Of a stretch of DNA of 64,000 nt, positions 1 through 14,854 are shown in pieces. Origin of the DNA: Octopus sinensis (lineage: Eukaryota); assembly GCF_006345805.1 (NCBI RefSeq), contig NC_043018.1, positions 14,198,001 to 14,262,000 of the forward strand, in the 5' to 3' direction. Made by a program: the position numbers and the translations under genes. Position 1 is the first letter of the stretch. The number at the start of each line of letters is the position of its first letter. The notes below the pieces were generated by a model. It was not told where the DNA came from. It made no database searches and saw nothing but the letters and a program-made list of their open reading frames with translations.

Positions 1-357
1 TTGAAATTTTTACCATTAAGACTATTCTGCAGAGACCTGAATAAGTGGAAATCCGAAGGAGCAATATCTGGTGAATATGGAGGGTGAGGTTACACATCCC
101 ACTCGAGCTGCAGCAATTTTTGTCTGGTTCCCAAAGCATCAAGTGCCGAAAATGAACTTTCTTATCTTCCATTTTAAAGGGTTACAGAATTAACACAGAT
201 TATAGGAACATAAACCTTCTTCCACGAAAAGATAGCTTAAACTGTGCTCGAAATGGAGGTGTAGTTAAATCCTATTTTGTGGACTCAACCATGTTCTAAC
301 ATAAGTCGAAAGATAAGCTACTATAAATCGGCACGAACTTTCCGGACAACCCAATAT
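1..357 (-). mobile_element. Internally deleted mariner derivative, 5' part
   Basis: TIR tattgggttgtccggaaagttcgtgccgattt near 325-356. MEDKKVHFRHLMLWE is fused directly to ...PHPPYSPDIAPSDFHLFRSLQNSLNG. Confidence 0.8.
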
Positions 358-804
358 TATACAACACTCACACGCACACACTTTGTTTTGGTTGAAGTAC
401 ATGGCCATCTACATATTGTTGATTTATTTCTTGAAGTATATAGAAATACAGCATCGATTTTCTGAAACCTTTGGCTCCAAAGCCTTTCTAGATGACTGAT
501 TTTCACCTCTAAATTAAACAAATATTAAATGAGGTTGCATGGTCTAGTAGTAAGGGAGTTGCACACGCACACACTAACACAGGATCTCAAGATCAAGGTT
601 ACGATTCTCGGACCGGGCTGTACATTGTATTCCTGTGTCATTTTACGTGGCTCTGCCCTCACTTTGACATCGGCACTATAGTAAAAGGCATTTGCCCAAG
701 GTGCCACTCAGTAAGACTGAACGAGAAGTCATGTATTTGGGAAAGTAAATTCTTACCAGACAGCGGCGCCTGCGCCTAAGTAGATATAAGAAAAACTTAA
801 CAGA

Positions 805-1051
805 TACTCTTTTACTTGTTTCAGTCATTTGACTGCGGCCATGCTGGAGCACTGCCTTTAGTCAAGCAAATCGACCTCAGGACTTATTCTTTGTAAGCCT
901 GGTACTTATTCTATCGGTCTCTTTTGCCGAACCGCTAAGTTACGGGGACGTAAACACACCAGCATCGGTTGTCAAGCGATGTTGGGGGGACAAACACAAA
1001 CACACAAATACACACACAAATACACACACACGCACACACGCACACACACAC

Positions 1052-1113
<62 letters not shown>

Positions 1114-1239
1114 ATTATACCACGGGCTCCTTTTAGTTTCTGTCTACCAAATCCACTCACAAGGTGCCACGCAGTGGGACTGAACCCAGAATGATGTGGT
1201 TGCTAAGCAAGCTACTTACCACAAAGCCAATCCTGCGCC
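805..1239 (-). mobile_element. tRNA-derived SINE, family 1
   Basis: Head ggcgcagga-tggct-tgtggtaag...ggttcagtccc, internal microsatellite, tail ending cagtcaaatgactgaaacaagtaaaag. Confidence 0.85.
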
Positions 1240-1599
1240 TATACTGATACATATATATACAAAAAACACACATATATTCATTAATAAATACATACGTACA
1301 TACATAGAATTGATAAGAAAACTCCAGCTCTTATATCATGAGTATACTCGGCCATACAACAACTAATCTGCATAAAAGAACAGCAAAACCGATTCGTATT
1401 CTCATAGAATTGATCAGGGGAACAGCGAAAATGTCGGGATTCTCCATTTCAGGCTCCTGGGTGAACATATGCACACGATTACATATACATATGGAATACA
1501 TACACTCACACATTCATAAACAGTAACAAAACATACACACTTGTGTTCTGTTGTGAAACGGACACGCATTTACACAACACACACACAAATATATGCATA

Positions 1600-1994
1600 G
1601 GCGCAGGAATGGCTGTGTGGTAAGTAGCTTGTTTACCAACCACATGGTTCCGGGTTCAGTCCCACTGCGTGGCATCTTGGGCAAGTGTCTTCTGCTATAG
1701 CCCCGGGCCGACCAATGCCTTGTGAGTGGATTTGGTAGACGGAAACTGAAAGAAGCCTGTCGTATATATGTATATATATATATATAAGTGTGTGTGTCTG
1801 TGTTTGTCCCCCTAGCATTTCTTGACAACCGATGCTGGTGTGTTTATGTCCCCGTTACTTAGCGGTTCGGCAAAAGAGACCGATAGAATAAGTACTGGGC
1901 TTACAAAAAGAATAAGTCCCGGGGTCGATTTGCTCGATTAAAGGCGGTGCTCCAGCATGGCCGCAGTCAAATGACTGAAACAAGTAAAAGAGTA
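1600..1994 (+). mobile_element. tRNA-derived SINE, family 1
   Basis: Same head and tail. Further copies or fragments at 2177-2330, 6440-6510, 14638-14800, 35885-36560 and 47290-47460. Confidence 0.85.
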
Positions 1995-2339
1995 TACATA
2001 ATCTCATTTGGGTAACCTGAAATCCCAAGAGCTGTTTTGATTTAAACAAAAGTTTTGCATCTTTCTTAATGACTGGCTTGGATTTTGCGAAGGGGAAAAA
2101 CTTATAATAAATCTCAAAGAAAATATAAATATTTATATGCATACCATTATCTTTTATTTTTTAAATGTGACGGTCGTTGGACCGAGGCTTTAAAGGGCTC
2201 AGTCGAACAAATAGATACCAGTATTTATTTTTAAGTCTGATACCTGCTGTAGTCTATCGGTCGCTTTTGCCGTACGAAAGTTATGGATACTTAAACAAAC
2301 CAGCAACGGTTGGCGGGGGGACAACCCGAAGTCACACAC

Positions 2340-2371
2340 AGACACATTCACATATATATATATATATATAT

Positions 2372-2466
<95 letters not shown>

Positions 2467-2568
2467 GATAGATAGATAGATAGAGACTTTTTCACTTCCC
2501 GAGCTTTAAGCTAATACATCTGTTCGTTGTCTACACTACCAGTCTTTGTCTTTTGTTTTTTTGTGAAT

Positions 2569-2644
<76 letters not shown>

Positions 2645-3235
2645 CAGAGAGAGAGAGAGAGAGAGAGAAACAGACAGACAGCCAGACAGAGATGCGTGTG
2701 TATACATGACGGGCTTCCACTCAGTTTCCGGGTACCAAATTCAATCACAAGGCATGTATATTAAAAAAACTTCCCTCCTACTTGAATACAGATGAGCAGG
2801 AAAATAGAGGAGAGATCTCCAATGTGCTACTGTAATCTATGAATGCTTAATAAGCAACTGATCAGTATTATAGTTTGAAGAAGAAGCCGGTTACATCTTC
2901 GAGGAGCGATCAACAAACCGTGAAGCGGTCGGTTAGGAGACTCTCGCCTTCTGTTTTTCTTTCTATAAATCCTGAATATAGAAAGAATATAGGTACATCT
3001 TATTTAAATTTACTCCAGTTCTTCTGTGTCACGCTGTGTTGTTGATAATCATATTGTTTACAGACACACACACACACACAGACATACACACACAGAGACA
3101 TACACGCACGCACATACCCTTGTATTTATGATAAAGCTTCATATAACATTATGTCTGTGCAAAAGAGCAAATGTTCACACCTTGCATAAGCTCTTTGATC
3201 ATAGCTTCGATGCATTACGACTGACATGTAGAACC

Positions 3236-3279
<44 letters not shown>

Positions 3280-3833
3280 CCAGGACAGCAACACTAACAA
3301 TTGCAACAGCAGCGGAGACAACTTCAAAAGCAGCGAAAACAACTTCAAAAGCAGCGAAAACAACAACAACAACAACAACCGCTGCAAAAGCGAGAAAAGT
3401 TACAAGACCAACACCAACAGCAACACCGACAACAAGAGTAATAATAATAATAAAAACAATAACAAGAAAAAGAACGTCAACGGCAACTGCAAATGCAACA
3501 GCAACAAGAACATGAACAATAGGAGCAACAACTTCAACAGCAACAACAACAACAAAATGACAACATAAACAACACAAGAAAAACAACAACAGCAATAAGT
3601 ATAATAATAATAATAATAATAATGATGATGATGATGATAATAATAATAATAATAATAACAACAACAATAATAATAATAATAATAATGATGATGATGATGA
3701 TAATAATAATAATAATAATAACAACAACAATATTAATAATAATAATAACAATAATAATAATAATAATACTAATAACAATAATAATAATAATAATAATAAC
3801 AATAATGATGATAATAATAATAATAACAATAAC

Positions 3834-3873
<40 letters not shown>

Positions 3874-5195
3874 GTGATGATGACGACGATGATGATGATG
3901 ATGATGATGATCGTCATCATCGTTATCGTCATCATCATCATCATGATAATCATCATGATGATAACAACAACTGCAAACAGTAACATCAACAACAACTTCA
4001 ACAACAACAACAGCAACAACAACGCCAACATCGTTCCCTAAACTACTGCATATCTCATTACTTTAACATCACAGTTCAAAAGACATTCATTGAGTGTTTT
4101 CAAGTCAATGTCCGCCATCTTGGAACCTATTCATCTCGTGATGAGGAAATGGAGGCCTTTTATTGCAATGAATTTTCAATTCACATCGTGTGATGATGTA
4201 TAATTTAACTTGTTTTCTTACCTACTGCGTAAAATACGTCAGTTTTCATTAAAGATGGCGCTGTCTTCAAATAGAAGTCGTATTCATATTGCATCGAAGT
4301 GTATGTAGGTATGTAGTGAGCGTAAGTGAGTGTGTGTGTGTGTATGTACATGTGTATGTATTTCTGGATAGACGTATATTGATATGTATGTATGTATGTA
4401 TGGTTGGTTGGATGGTGGATGGATGGATGGATGGATGGATGGATGGATGGATGGATGGATGGGTGGATGGGTGGATGGATGGATGGATGGGTGCATGGAT
4501 GGATGGGTGGATGGATGGGTGGATGGATGGATGGGTGGATGTATGGATGGATGGAAGTATGTATTTATGAGTTTTAGAACGGGATAGCTGAATGATTTAA
4601 AACTTCAATTCGCAAGCACGAGGTTCTAGGTTCGATCTTGCAGCCTGGCATCTTTGTGTCTTTCACTTAAGTCTCAGGTAAACATTCTTATGAATTAGAT
4701 AATAGATTCAGGCACCTGCGTGACTGTGGGGTAAGAAGACGGTGAGCTACCAGAAACGTTAGCACGCCGGGCGAAATGCTTAGCGGTATTTCGTCTGCCG
4801 TTACGTTCTGAGTTCAAGTTCCGCCGAGGTCGACTTTACCGTTCATCCTTTAGGGGTCGATAAATAAAGTACCAGTTTCGCACTGGGGTTGATATAATCA
4901 ACTTAATCCCTTTCTCTGTCCTTGTTTGTCCTCTCTGTGTTTAGCATTATTGTGGGTAGTAAAGAAATAGGTATTTCGACTGCCGCTACGTTCTTTGATT
5001 AAGGAATAAATCCGGGTGTGTCTTCTCTGAGGAGCAGTCAACAAACCGTGATATGGTCCTTTAGGAGACTCTCTCCTATTTTTCTTCCTCACATCAAGAG
5101 CATAGAAAGAATTCTGTGTTTTTAGAGGACAGAAACTGTGAAGCTTGAAAATTTATTTCAATTACTTCGATTTTTACTGTATTATACTTCACATT

Positions 5196-5251
<56 letters not shown>

Positions 5252-5343
5252 GATAGATAGATAGATAGATAGATATTTAATATATATGCATACATATGTA
5301 ATGTATGTATTAATATATATGGATATGTATTGCATACACACAT

Positions 5344-5398
<55 letters not shown>

Positions 5399-5752
5399 AT
5401 ATATATAGACACACACCTGTATGTATGTATGTATGTATATCTGTATGTATGTATGTATGTATCTATGTATGTATGTGTGTGTGCGTGTATGTATGTATGT
5501 ATGTATGTATGAATGTATGTAAGTATTATGTATGTATGAATGTATGTATGTATGTATGCATACATGTATGTATGTATGTATGTATGTATGTATGTACGTA
5601 TGTATGTATGCATGTATGCATGCGTGTATGTATGTATGTATGTATGTATGTATGTATGTATGTATGTATGTACGTATGTATGAATCTGTGTGTGTATGTA
5701 TGTATGTATGTATGTGTATGTATGTATGTATGTATGTATGTATGTATGTATG

Positions 5753-5783
<31 letters not shown>

Positions 5784-6323
5784 GTATGTATAGGAAGCTG
5801 AATCGCCATAAACCGCAACATTGAACATGAGATGGGTTTTAACAAAACGAAACACACACATAGAATTATTTCGAAGATAGGAGAATAAGATAAACCTTAT
5901 AAATGGGATAATAACAGTTGTGATCTTTGAAGTTCAGAGAAAATGAATAGATTGTTCCATAAGAATTTTATCGTAAACATCCGTTCGCAGCCATTATGAT
6001 TTTGTCGCCATAAATTTGAAATTTGTTGGAATTTGTTTTTGCTATTTACGTACTATTAGCTTCAACGTTCTCATTATCAGAAATCTGTTCTCTCTTCGTT
6101 TATTCGTTGTTTGCATTTCCTTCGTATGTGTGTGTGTGTTTGTGTGTGTGTGCGTGCGTGTGTGTGAGAGTGTGTGTATGTGAGAGAGAGATTGTGTGTC
6201 TGTGTGAGACAGTATGTGTGTGTGTGTGTGCGTGTGTGTGGGTATGTGTGTGAGAGAGTGTGTGTATGTGAGAGAGAGATTGTGTGTCTGTGTGAGACAG
6301 TATGTGTGTGCATGTGTGTGTGC

Positions 6324-6362
<39 letters not shown>

Positions 6363-6430
6363 TGTGTGTATGTGAGAGAGAGATTGTGTGTCTGTGTGAG
6401 ACATTGTGTGTGTGTGTGTGTGTGTGTGTG
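2340..6430. repeat. Cluster of microsatellites: (TA)n, (ATAG)n, (CAA/AAT/GAT)n 3230-4035, (TGGA)n, (ATGT)n, (GT/GA)n
   Basis: Direct inspection. Confidence 0.95.
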
Positions 6431-6699
6431 AAAACAACGCACTCTTACACTTTTACTCTTTTATTTGTTTCAGTCATTTGACTGTGGCCATGCTGGAGCA
6501 CCGCCTTTAAAAAGAACAAAAAGAAAAATTGTCAATTATGGCTCGCGAAATACTGTGTTATTATCACCATGACGGTGAATTGAGAATGTTTGCTCGAAAA
6601 TTCTTTTTGTAAATTTTAGTGGGCGTATCTCACCAGAAAAAGTGGAATTTTTTCTTTTTGCAAGGTGGACGTGAGTGTGTTGGTTCTGTCCAATACTGA

Positions 6700-7790
6700 A
6701 CTGAAAGAAAAAAGAACCACAGCAGCATAAGACCGTAGAGGTAGGTTGATTTGTTTTCGGTTGAGCTGGGTGTAATTTGTCAAATAGTAAGGTATTCCCC
6801 GGTTCTGCTGCTAGTTACGATAGACATCTGCCAAAAGGCCGCCAAACAAATCTGACATAAACTCATATAATTCATAGTGCAGATCATCCAAACAGAACCC
6901 GGGTCCAAGAAGATTGCCCGTACTTTGAGGCTTAAGGATTTTCGGAACAACACTGCTACACCAACGCTCATTTCCGACAGACAAGATGAAATTATATCAC
7001 AGTCTTCAAAAGTGAATGCTAGAACATGCTTCCCAGAAATTCTTATCTCGCTAATGGTGGCACCATCTAAACCAAGCAACCTGAGATCGGTGAGCAAGTG
7101 GCCCTGCTTCCAAACGGAACCCACGTCCCGATCACTTACACAGCCTATTTATCTTCGTTTTCGTAGATGGCTGTTGAAACAGTCTTCTTTTTCACTGAAG
7201 GAGGAATGGAGAAGGATTTTTCTAATAAGCATTGGGGAAGGGGTACTAATTAAACATTCCAATGTCCTGGGGGGAATTTCTGTTTTAAATCCAGGTACAT
7301 GTTCGTATCGGCTTGTATTAGCATTCTGTCGAATGGCGTTTTCGGGAGGAATTCAGTAAAACTTTCTCTACTTGTCAGAATGTTTATGATATTAATTATT
7401 TCCTCAATCAGCTCAATTTTGCTCTTCTGAACAACAGTGAGGTTGATGAAGGGAGCAGGTAAGTATGTGACTGCTAATCATTTTGTTGTTCAGGTGAGGG
7501 GATTTTTCGGAATTTTCCAGTCGTTTGTGTTTGCGAAAATGTTTGTAAAAGTTGGTTTTCTTGTAATGAAGGTGTTTTGGTGCTTGATTTTGCGATGGAT
7601 TGTCTATATCCCTGTCATGTCTTTAGGTCTTCAGCATCTATTTATTTGAGTTTGAGTCTTCCTCTTATCTCCGATTTTTGGCGCAATTTCGACGGACCTT
7701 CATCTCCTAACGAGGCCTTCACTTTTGTGAGACCCGAATCAGAGAGAAGAGGTAGATGTGCGCTAGTTTTAGTGTTCTCACCTAATGTTT
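6700..7790 (-). mobile_element. L1/Tx1-like LINE relic (endonuclease start)
   Basis: ...LGLDGATISE...GVAVLFRKSLSLKVRAIFLDP resembles an APE endonuclease N-terminus. Many stops. Confidence 0.5.
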
Positions 7791-7959
7791 GAGGAAGGAA
7801 TTTTTCCGATGAAGTTGGTAGTAATGGTGGAGAGTAACGTGTTCCACAAGAGCGCAAAAGAATTTAAGGTGGTTAGAATTCTCACACGTGAAACGTCTGC
7901 TCGCATTCCTCGAAGCAAAAACTCGGGAATGGGAATTCCAATCTCGTTGAGTTATGGGG

Positions 7960-8310
7960 TGAACTTCACCTCCCTCCACTATATCCCTATGCTCTTCCAG
8001 AATGGCTAAGATTCTTGCCAGATCTCCATCAACCGGGCGTCGGCTGCGGGGTCATTCCGAAAAGCTCTACCTGCGACGATTTCATCTCAATCGAAGGAGA
8101 GGAGCTTTCTCCGTCCGGGTTGCGGATCCGTGGAACAAGCTGCCAGACGAGATGGTGAAGATGCCGACGACCGCTTTGTTCAAAGCCTCCCTTGACCTCA
8201 AGTGGCCTGAACTCTTTACATGAACACCACCCTGTACTTAACTCCATGTCCCCCTACATGGCCTTGCTATTTGCTTTTGAGCCAAATTAACTAACTAACT
8301 AACTAACTAA
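7960..8310 (+). mobile_element. CR1-like LINE 3' end
   Basis: RLRGHSEKL...RRGAFSVRVADPWNKLP...FKASLD motif and a (TAAC)n tail. Confidence 0.75.
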
Positions 8311-8734
8311 CCGACACGTTCTCGAATTCGAGCCAAATTTTTATCCATGTAACGAGGAATCATTATAAAAATCTCGGATGTTCAAGTAATAGCTGTCATT
8401 CTTCTGACATTGCTCGCTGATTCATATAGCAGATACTCTCTCATATTGTTTTCCTTTATATATATGCGGCACTGAGGGTCACAGTTCATGGAGGCATTTC
8501 CTCTCCTTGCGAGAAACATAAATACACAATGGATTTTTTTCGTTCAGGGTTAGTTTGTTTTTTTCTACGTCACTACGTCACCTGATCTTACAATATCTTT
8601 TTTGTTCTGGAGCGCTTTACCTTTCAGATCTTGCGCCAAATGCTCTGTCCACTGGCGGCCAACTGTACTCGAAACAAATTAGGAGTTGCTGTCGTGGTCG
8701 TTCATGTTATTATTGTTGCAGTTGTTGTTGTGAT

Positions 8735-9330
<596 letters not shown>

Positions 9331-9642
9331 TCCTATATTTAAGAGATGAGGAATTATGTACATTATTTACATTGTTTACATTATTTACATTCGACAGCTA
9401 CTAAATAATATTAACTAAAATCTATAGATATATTCTATAGCAGTAATCATTAAACCAACCGCTGCAAACACACACGAATGAATTATTAATCGAACTAGCT
9501 CTTATATCGATTGATCGATAGATAAATAGATATAAAACACACAAACATATATATATATATATATATATAATATATATATATTATATATATATATATATAT
9601 AATATATATATATATATTCATATACATATATATATATATATA

Positions 9643-9682
<40 letters not shown>

Positions 9683-9687
<5 letters not shown>

Positions 9688-9974
9688 CATTATATAAAAG
9701 GGCTTAGTAAAATAAATTACTTTGCCGCATACTGAACTCATTAGAAATAGCAGCTAAAAAACTTTTTTAGCTATTTCTAATACTTAACGAAAATCTCTCT
9801 CATACATAGTGTTTGCTTAATTCAATTAATTGATTAAGCAAACACTATATATGAGAGAGATTTTCGTTTAAGTATTAGAAATAGCTTTAAAAAAGTTTTT
9901 TAGCTGCTATTTCTAATGAGTTCAGTTATGCGACAAAGTATTTATTTTACTAAGCCCTTTTATATAATGTAATA
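9683..9974. repeat. About 290-bp fold-back palindrome next to (TA)n
   Basis: Arms are reverse complements with a few mismatches. Centre tcaattaattga at 9822-9833. Confidence 0.9.
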
Positions 9975-10060
9975 ATTTGAATTCGCCTGAATGGTCCCTT
10001 TGCATACTGAATACTTGGTGAAATTGATTAATAATTAATTGATTTTGCCCTCAATTGTTG

Positions 10061-10101
<41 letters not shown>

Positions 10102-10166
10102 TATATTCATATACATATATATATATGTATATATGACCTACATACATACATACATACATACATACA

Positions 10167-10199
<33 letters not shown>

Positions 10200-10947
10200 G
10201 TGTATGTGTATATGCGTGCGTGCGTCCAAGTCGTTCAGTTCAATTTGCTGAACCCTTTTATAAGTAGTGTTTACGTGGACAACTTAAGAGAATACTTGGT
10301 CTCTGATGAAATTCCAATGCAGGATTGAAACCAGACCAGCTGATCCTTTTAATTTTTCTGTTTCCAGATACATAGTACATAAACGGAAAGGTGATTGCAT
10401 TTTCCTATTACATAGTGTAGGCTAAGATCTATAAATATGTTCTGAAGCACGCGGTATAGAGGTGAAAACTAAAAATCAAATTTTTACGCACCAATAATTT
10501 ATTAATCAAATTAGCTGCCAATAACGGGCGTAATGGATACATGCCAGTCAATCTGATCGATTCGAGCTCTTTGAAACAAAGAGTGTATAACAATAATAAT
10601 TAGAGGCCAATGTAATATTAGTTCGGGAATGGCGTCCTCTTAAAAAGGTTAACCACGAACAGAAAACCTGACATTTAAGTTCAGCTTTTAATATAGAAAG
10701 AAAATTAAAAAGGAACAGTGAGCACTACGTAGAAGTATTCGTGCTTAGTGCACAGCAATATTGTATTTGAAGTTTATAAACTATGGAGAAAAGAAATTAC
10801 GAGAAACTGAGATGAAACATAGAAAACGCACACACACGAATGCACGGAGATACATTGGGAAAAAAACAGAATTGGAAATGAGAGAAAGCATCCAACCACT
10901 ACGGAAAATTTTATGGCGACAAATACAAGATATTCAGGTAAAATAAG

Positions 10948-11428
10948 GCGGCGAGCTGGCAGAAACGTTAGCACGCCGGGCGAAATGCTTAGCAGTATTT
11001 CGTCTGCCGCTACGTTCTGAGCTCAAATTCCGCCGAGGTCGACATTGCCTTTCATCCTTTCGGGGTCGATTAAATAAGTACCTATTTCTTTATTACCCAT
11101 AAGGGGCTAAACATAGAGGGGACAAACAAGGACAGACATAGGTATTAAGTCGATTACATCGACCCCAGTGTGAAACTGGTACTTAACTTATCGACCCCGA
11201 AAGGATGAAAGGCAAAGTCGACCTCGGCGGAATTTGAACTCACAACGTAACGACAGACGAAATACTGCTAAGCATTTCATCCGGCGTGCTAACGCTTCTG
11301 CCAGCTCGCCGCCTGATTAAATAAGTACCGGTTACGCACTGGGGTCGATGTAATCGACTTAATCTGTTTGTCTGCCCTTGTTTGTCCACTCTGTGTTTGG
11401 CTCCTTGTGGGTAGTAAAGAAATAGATA
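10948..11428. mobile_element. Family 2 SINE (+) interrupted by a family 2 SINE (-, 11083-11314)
   Basis: 15-bp TSD gattaaataagtacc at 11068-11082 and 11315-11329. Another family copy at 4743-4985. Confidence 0.9.
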
Positions 11429-11544
11429 TTCAGGTAAAATCTGACAATTGGCATAACAGGAAAATAAAATAAAATATGCCATCCCAAAATAAAAGAATTT
11501 TTTAAATTCAAAATATATCAACTAAGTTATGGCTGGGCGGTAAT

Positions 11545-11725
11545 ATTTTAGCCGAAATAGCCGTTCGCAGCTTCGACCACGGCGTCAAGACAGCTCTGGA
11601 AAGTGCCGCATGCGTTCCTCACTGTGTCTGGGAAGATCTTCGAATGCGTCCTTAATCTTGGCCACCAGCTCGGTCTTGATGTTGCAGGCACAGCAGTTGG
11701 GGGGGGGTCTTTCTCAACCACCACC
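11545..11725 (-). mobile_element. Tc1/mariner transposase C-terminal relic
   Basis: ...DTVRNACGTFQSCLDAVVEAANGYF resembles the Tc1/mariner C-terminal helix. Confidence 0.55.
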
Positions 11726-11826
11726 ATCACCACCCCATATATATATATACATATATATCGTCTGTAAAAAAACATAAATCCGAAAGAAGAGGCACGCTCT
11801 AAGATGCAGACCAGTACATATCAAAA

Positions 11827-11995
11827 ATGGGGAAAGCCGGTTTATTGGATTACCTTAGGTTTCCTGTCCTTATGGAGCTCCATATTTTGAAGAAGTCTTG
11901 GGCCGACAGCTTTTTGAGATCTGACGATACGTTATAAAGCTAAACACTTTATGAACGGGAAACCTAAGGTAATCCCATAAACCGGCTTTCCCCAT
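11827..11995. repeat. Small inverted-repeat element (about 37-bp arms)
   Basis: atggggaaagccggtttattggattaccttaggtttcc and its reverse complement at 11958-11995. Confidence 0.7.
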
Positions 11996-12309
11996 TATAT
12001 ATATATATAAAATTATATGGCCGTAATCGAAACAGCGATTTTGCGATCGTTACTGCAACACCCTAACAGCTGAGCCACGAGACTTTACACAAATGAATAT
12101 GCAAATCAAACGAAACACACTGACCTCGTGCTTAAATCATTAACCATTAATTATATTTCTTCCGATTCTTTATGTTCTGATTTCGATTCCCAACAGAGTC
12201 AGTCAATTTTGCCTTTCATCCCTCAGGGCTCCGTAAAATAAATTACTCGTCAAGGAATAGACTGGAACGGCGTAAACGGAAGTGTTTTGCCCAAGAATAC
12301 AACGTGCCT

Positions 12310-12693
12310 GGAAGCACTCCGTCGGTTACAACGATGAGGGTTCCGGTTGATCCGAATCAACGGAACAGCCTGCTCGTGAAATTAACGTGTAAGTGGCTGA
12401 GCATTCCACAGACACGTGTACCCTTAACGTAGTTCTCGGGGATATTCAGCGTGACACAGAGAGTGACAAGGCCGGCCCTTTGAAATACAGGTACAACAGA
12501 AACAGGAAGTAAGAGTGAGAGAAAGTTGTGGTGAAAGAGTACAGCAGGGATCATCACCATCCCCTGCCGGAGCCTCGTGGAGCTTTAGGTGTTTTCGCTC
12601 AATAAACACTCACAACGCCCGGTCTGGGAATCGAAACCGCGATCCTATGACCGCGAGTCCGCTGCCCTAACCACTGGGCCATTTCGCCTCCAC
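12310..12693 (-). mobile_element. tRNA-derived SINE, family 3
   Basis: Near-identical reverse complement of 15309-15690. Confidence 0.85.
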
Positions 12694-12696
12694 CTA

Positions 12697-12796
12697 GTAC
12701 CACCTAGTTTGGGAACGTACCACCTAGTTTGGGAACGTACCACCTAGTTTGGGAATGTACCACCTAGTTTGGGAACGTACCACCTAGTTTGGGAAT
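12697..12796. repeat. 20-bp tandem repeat x5
   Basis: Unit gtaccacctagtttgggaac. Confidence 0.95.
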
Positions 12797-13569
12797 CGAA
12801 ACATCGATTAAGCAATCGTGAGTGCCACACCTTAGCCACACACCTTCACACACATAAAACAGGCAAATCAAAGAAAACTCGCTAGCCTTTTGCTTAAATC
12901 ATTAACCATTAACTGTATTTCTTCCGATTCTTTATGTTCTGTGTTCAATTCCCGTCGGAATCAACTTCCCCACCCAGTCCAGAAATAAAAACCACCATTT
13001 TGCGATCGTCAACGCAACGCTCTCACTACTGGGTCACGTGCCTTAACCTCAAAGAAACAAGCAAATCAAACAAGTTCGCTGGTCTCGTGCATTCACCATT
13101 AACCATTAACTGTATTTCTAGCGACGCTTTATGTTCTGAGTTCAATTCCCGCCGGAGTCAACTTTTGCCTTTCATCCCTCTAGGCCCCATAAAAATAAAT
13201 TGCTTGTCAAATACTGCTGTCCTTAGCATCGACCAATGGCCGCCCTTCAGAATTCCTGGCCTTGTACCTAAATCATGATTATTGTTGTTGCTCTTTTGTT
13301 GTCGCTGTTGTCATAGCTGCTGCTGCTGCTGCGCTACTGCTGTTGTTGTTGCTGTCGTTACTCTTGCAATAATGTCAAATTTATTGATGAACAGTTGAAT
13401 GTTTTATCACCGCAATTCTTCTTACTAACGACAAAATTTTGGTTTTTTTGGAGGCGTCTTTTTTTTCTTTTCTTTTCTTTTCTTTTTCATTGTACTTTAA
13501 AGAATTTTAAAATGTCAAAAATTAACGTTTGTTATTCATCTGTTCCATTTTGATTCTTCTTCCAATCAT

Positions 13570-13634
13570 AATTTTAACACGATTATTATCATTTAGTATT
13601 ATTATTATTATTATTATTAAATTATTCATTATCA

Positions 13635-13670
<36 letters not shown>

Positions 13671-13783
13671 CATTATTATTATTATTATTATTATTATATT
13701 ATTATTATTATATTATTATTATATTATTATTATTATTATTATTAGTATGATTATTATTATCATTATTAGTGTTATTATTATTA

Positions 13784-13817
<34 letters not shown>

Positions 13818-13841
13818 TTATTATGATATTATTATTATTAA

Positions 13842-13877
<36 letters not shown>

Positions 13878-14035
13878 GATTATTATTATTATTATTATTA
13901 TATTATTATCATTATTATTATGATCATTATTATTATTATTATTGTTGTTATTATTATTATTATTACTATTATTATTATTATTATTACTATTATTATTGTT
14001 GTTGTTGTTATTATTATTATTATTATCATTATTAC

Positions 14036-14095
<60 letters not shown>

Positions 14096-14103
14096 TGTTG
14101 TCG

Positions 14104-14135
<32 letters not shown>

Positions 14136-14160
14136 GGTGACGGCGGCGGTGGTGATGGGT
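13570..14160. repeat. (ATT)n/(GTT)n microsatellite
   Basis: Direct inspection. Confidence 0.95.
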
Positions 14161-14854
14161 TTTTTTTGTTCTTGTTATTGTTATCTCCTCGTTTCAAATG
14201 ATTAAAAAAAAAACAGGTTTTCTATATTTTCTCGTTTCATTTCTTTCTAAATAATTGTTTTTTTTTATTTATTCTTTTCTTTTTTAATTTTTTTTGTTTG
14301 TTTGTAATTCGCTGATTTATGCTCTTGCCTTTAATTATTCTTTGTAAGAATGTGCGTGTGTGTGTGTGTGCACGCATGTGCGTGTGTGTATGTGTATGCA
14401 TGCTATTCCTTGATTAGACTGATGTTCCTGTCATCCAACTTGACTGTAAAACATAGTTCTGGCAATCAATGAATATTATATTCATCTCCTCTTAGTTTTA
14501 TTTGGTTTTCGTTGTGTTTGGCGCACATGGGGGAGGATTTTTTGTTTTTAGTTTCTTATGGGGTGACGCGAGATTCTAACATGGTATACATACAATGGTG
14601 ATTATGTGGTGGAGTGGGTTTATGTTTTTTGTACATAGGCGTAGAAGTGGCTGTGTGGTAAGTAGCTTGTACAACACATGGTTCAGGGTTCACTCCCACT
14701 GCGTGGCACCTTGGCAAAGTTCTTCTACTACCAGCCTCGGCCGACCAAAGCTTTGTGAGTGGATTTGGTAGACGGAAACTGAAAGAAGCCTGTCGTATAT
14801 ATATATATATATATATCTATATATATTAGAATATATAATATATTATATATATAT

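Noticed and set aside
12697-12796. CRISPR-like direct repeats
   Set aside because: The 20-bp units are contiguous with no spacers, there are no cas genes, and the context is eukaryotic.
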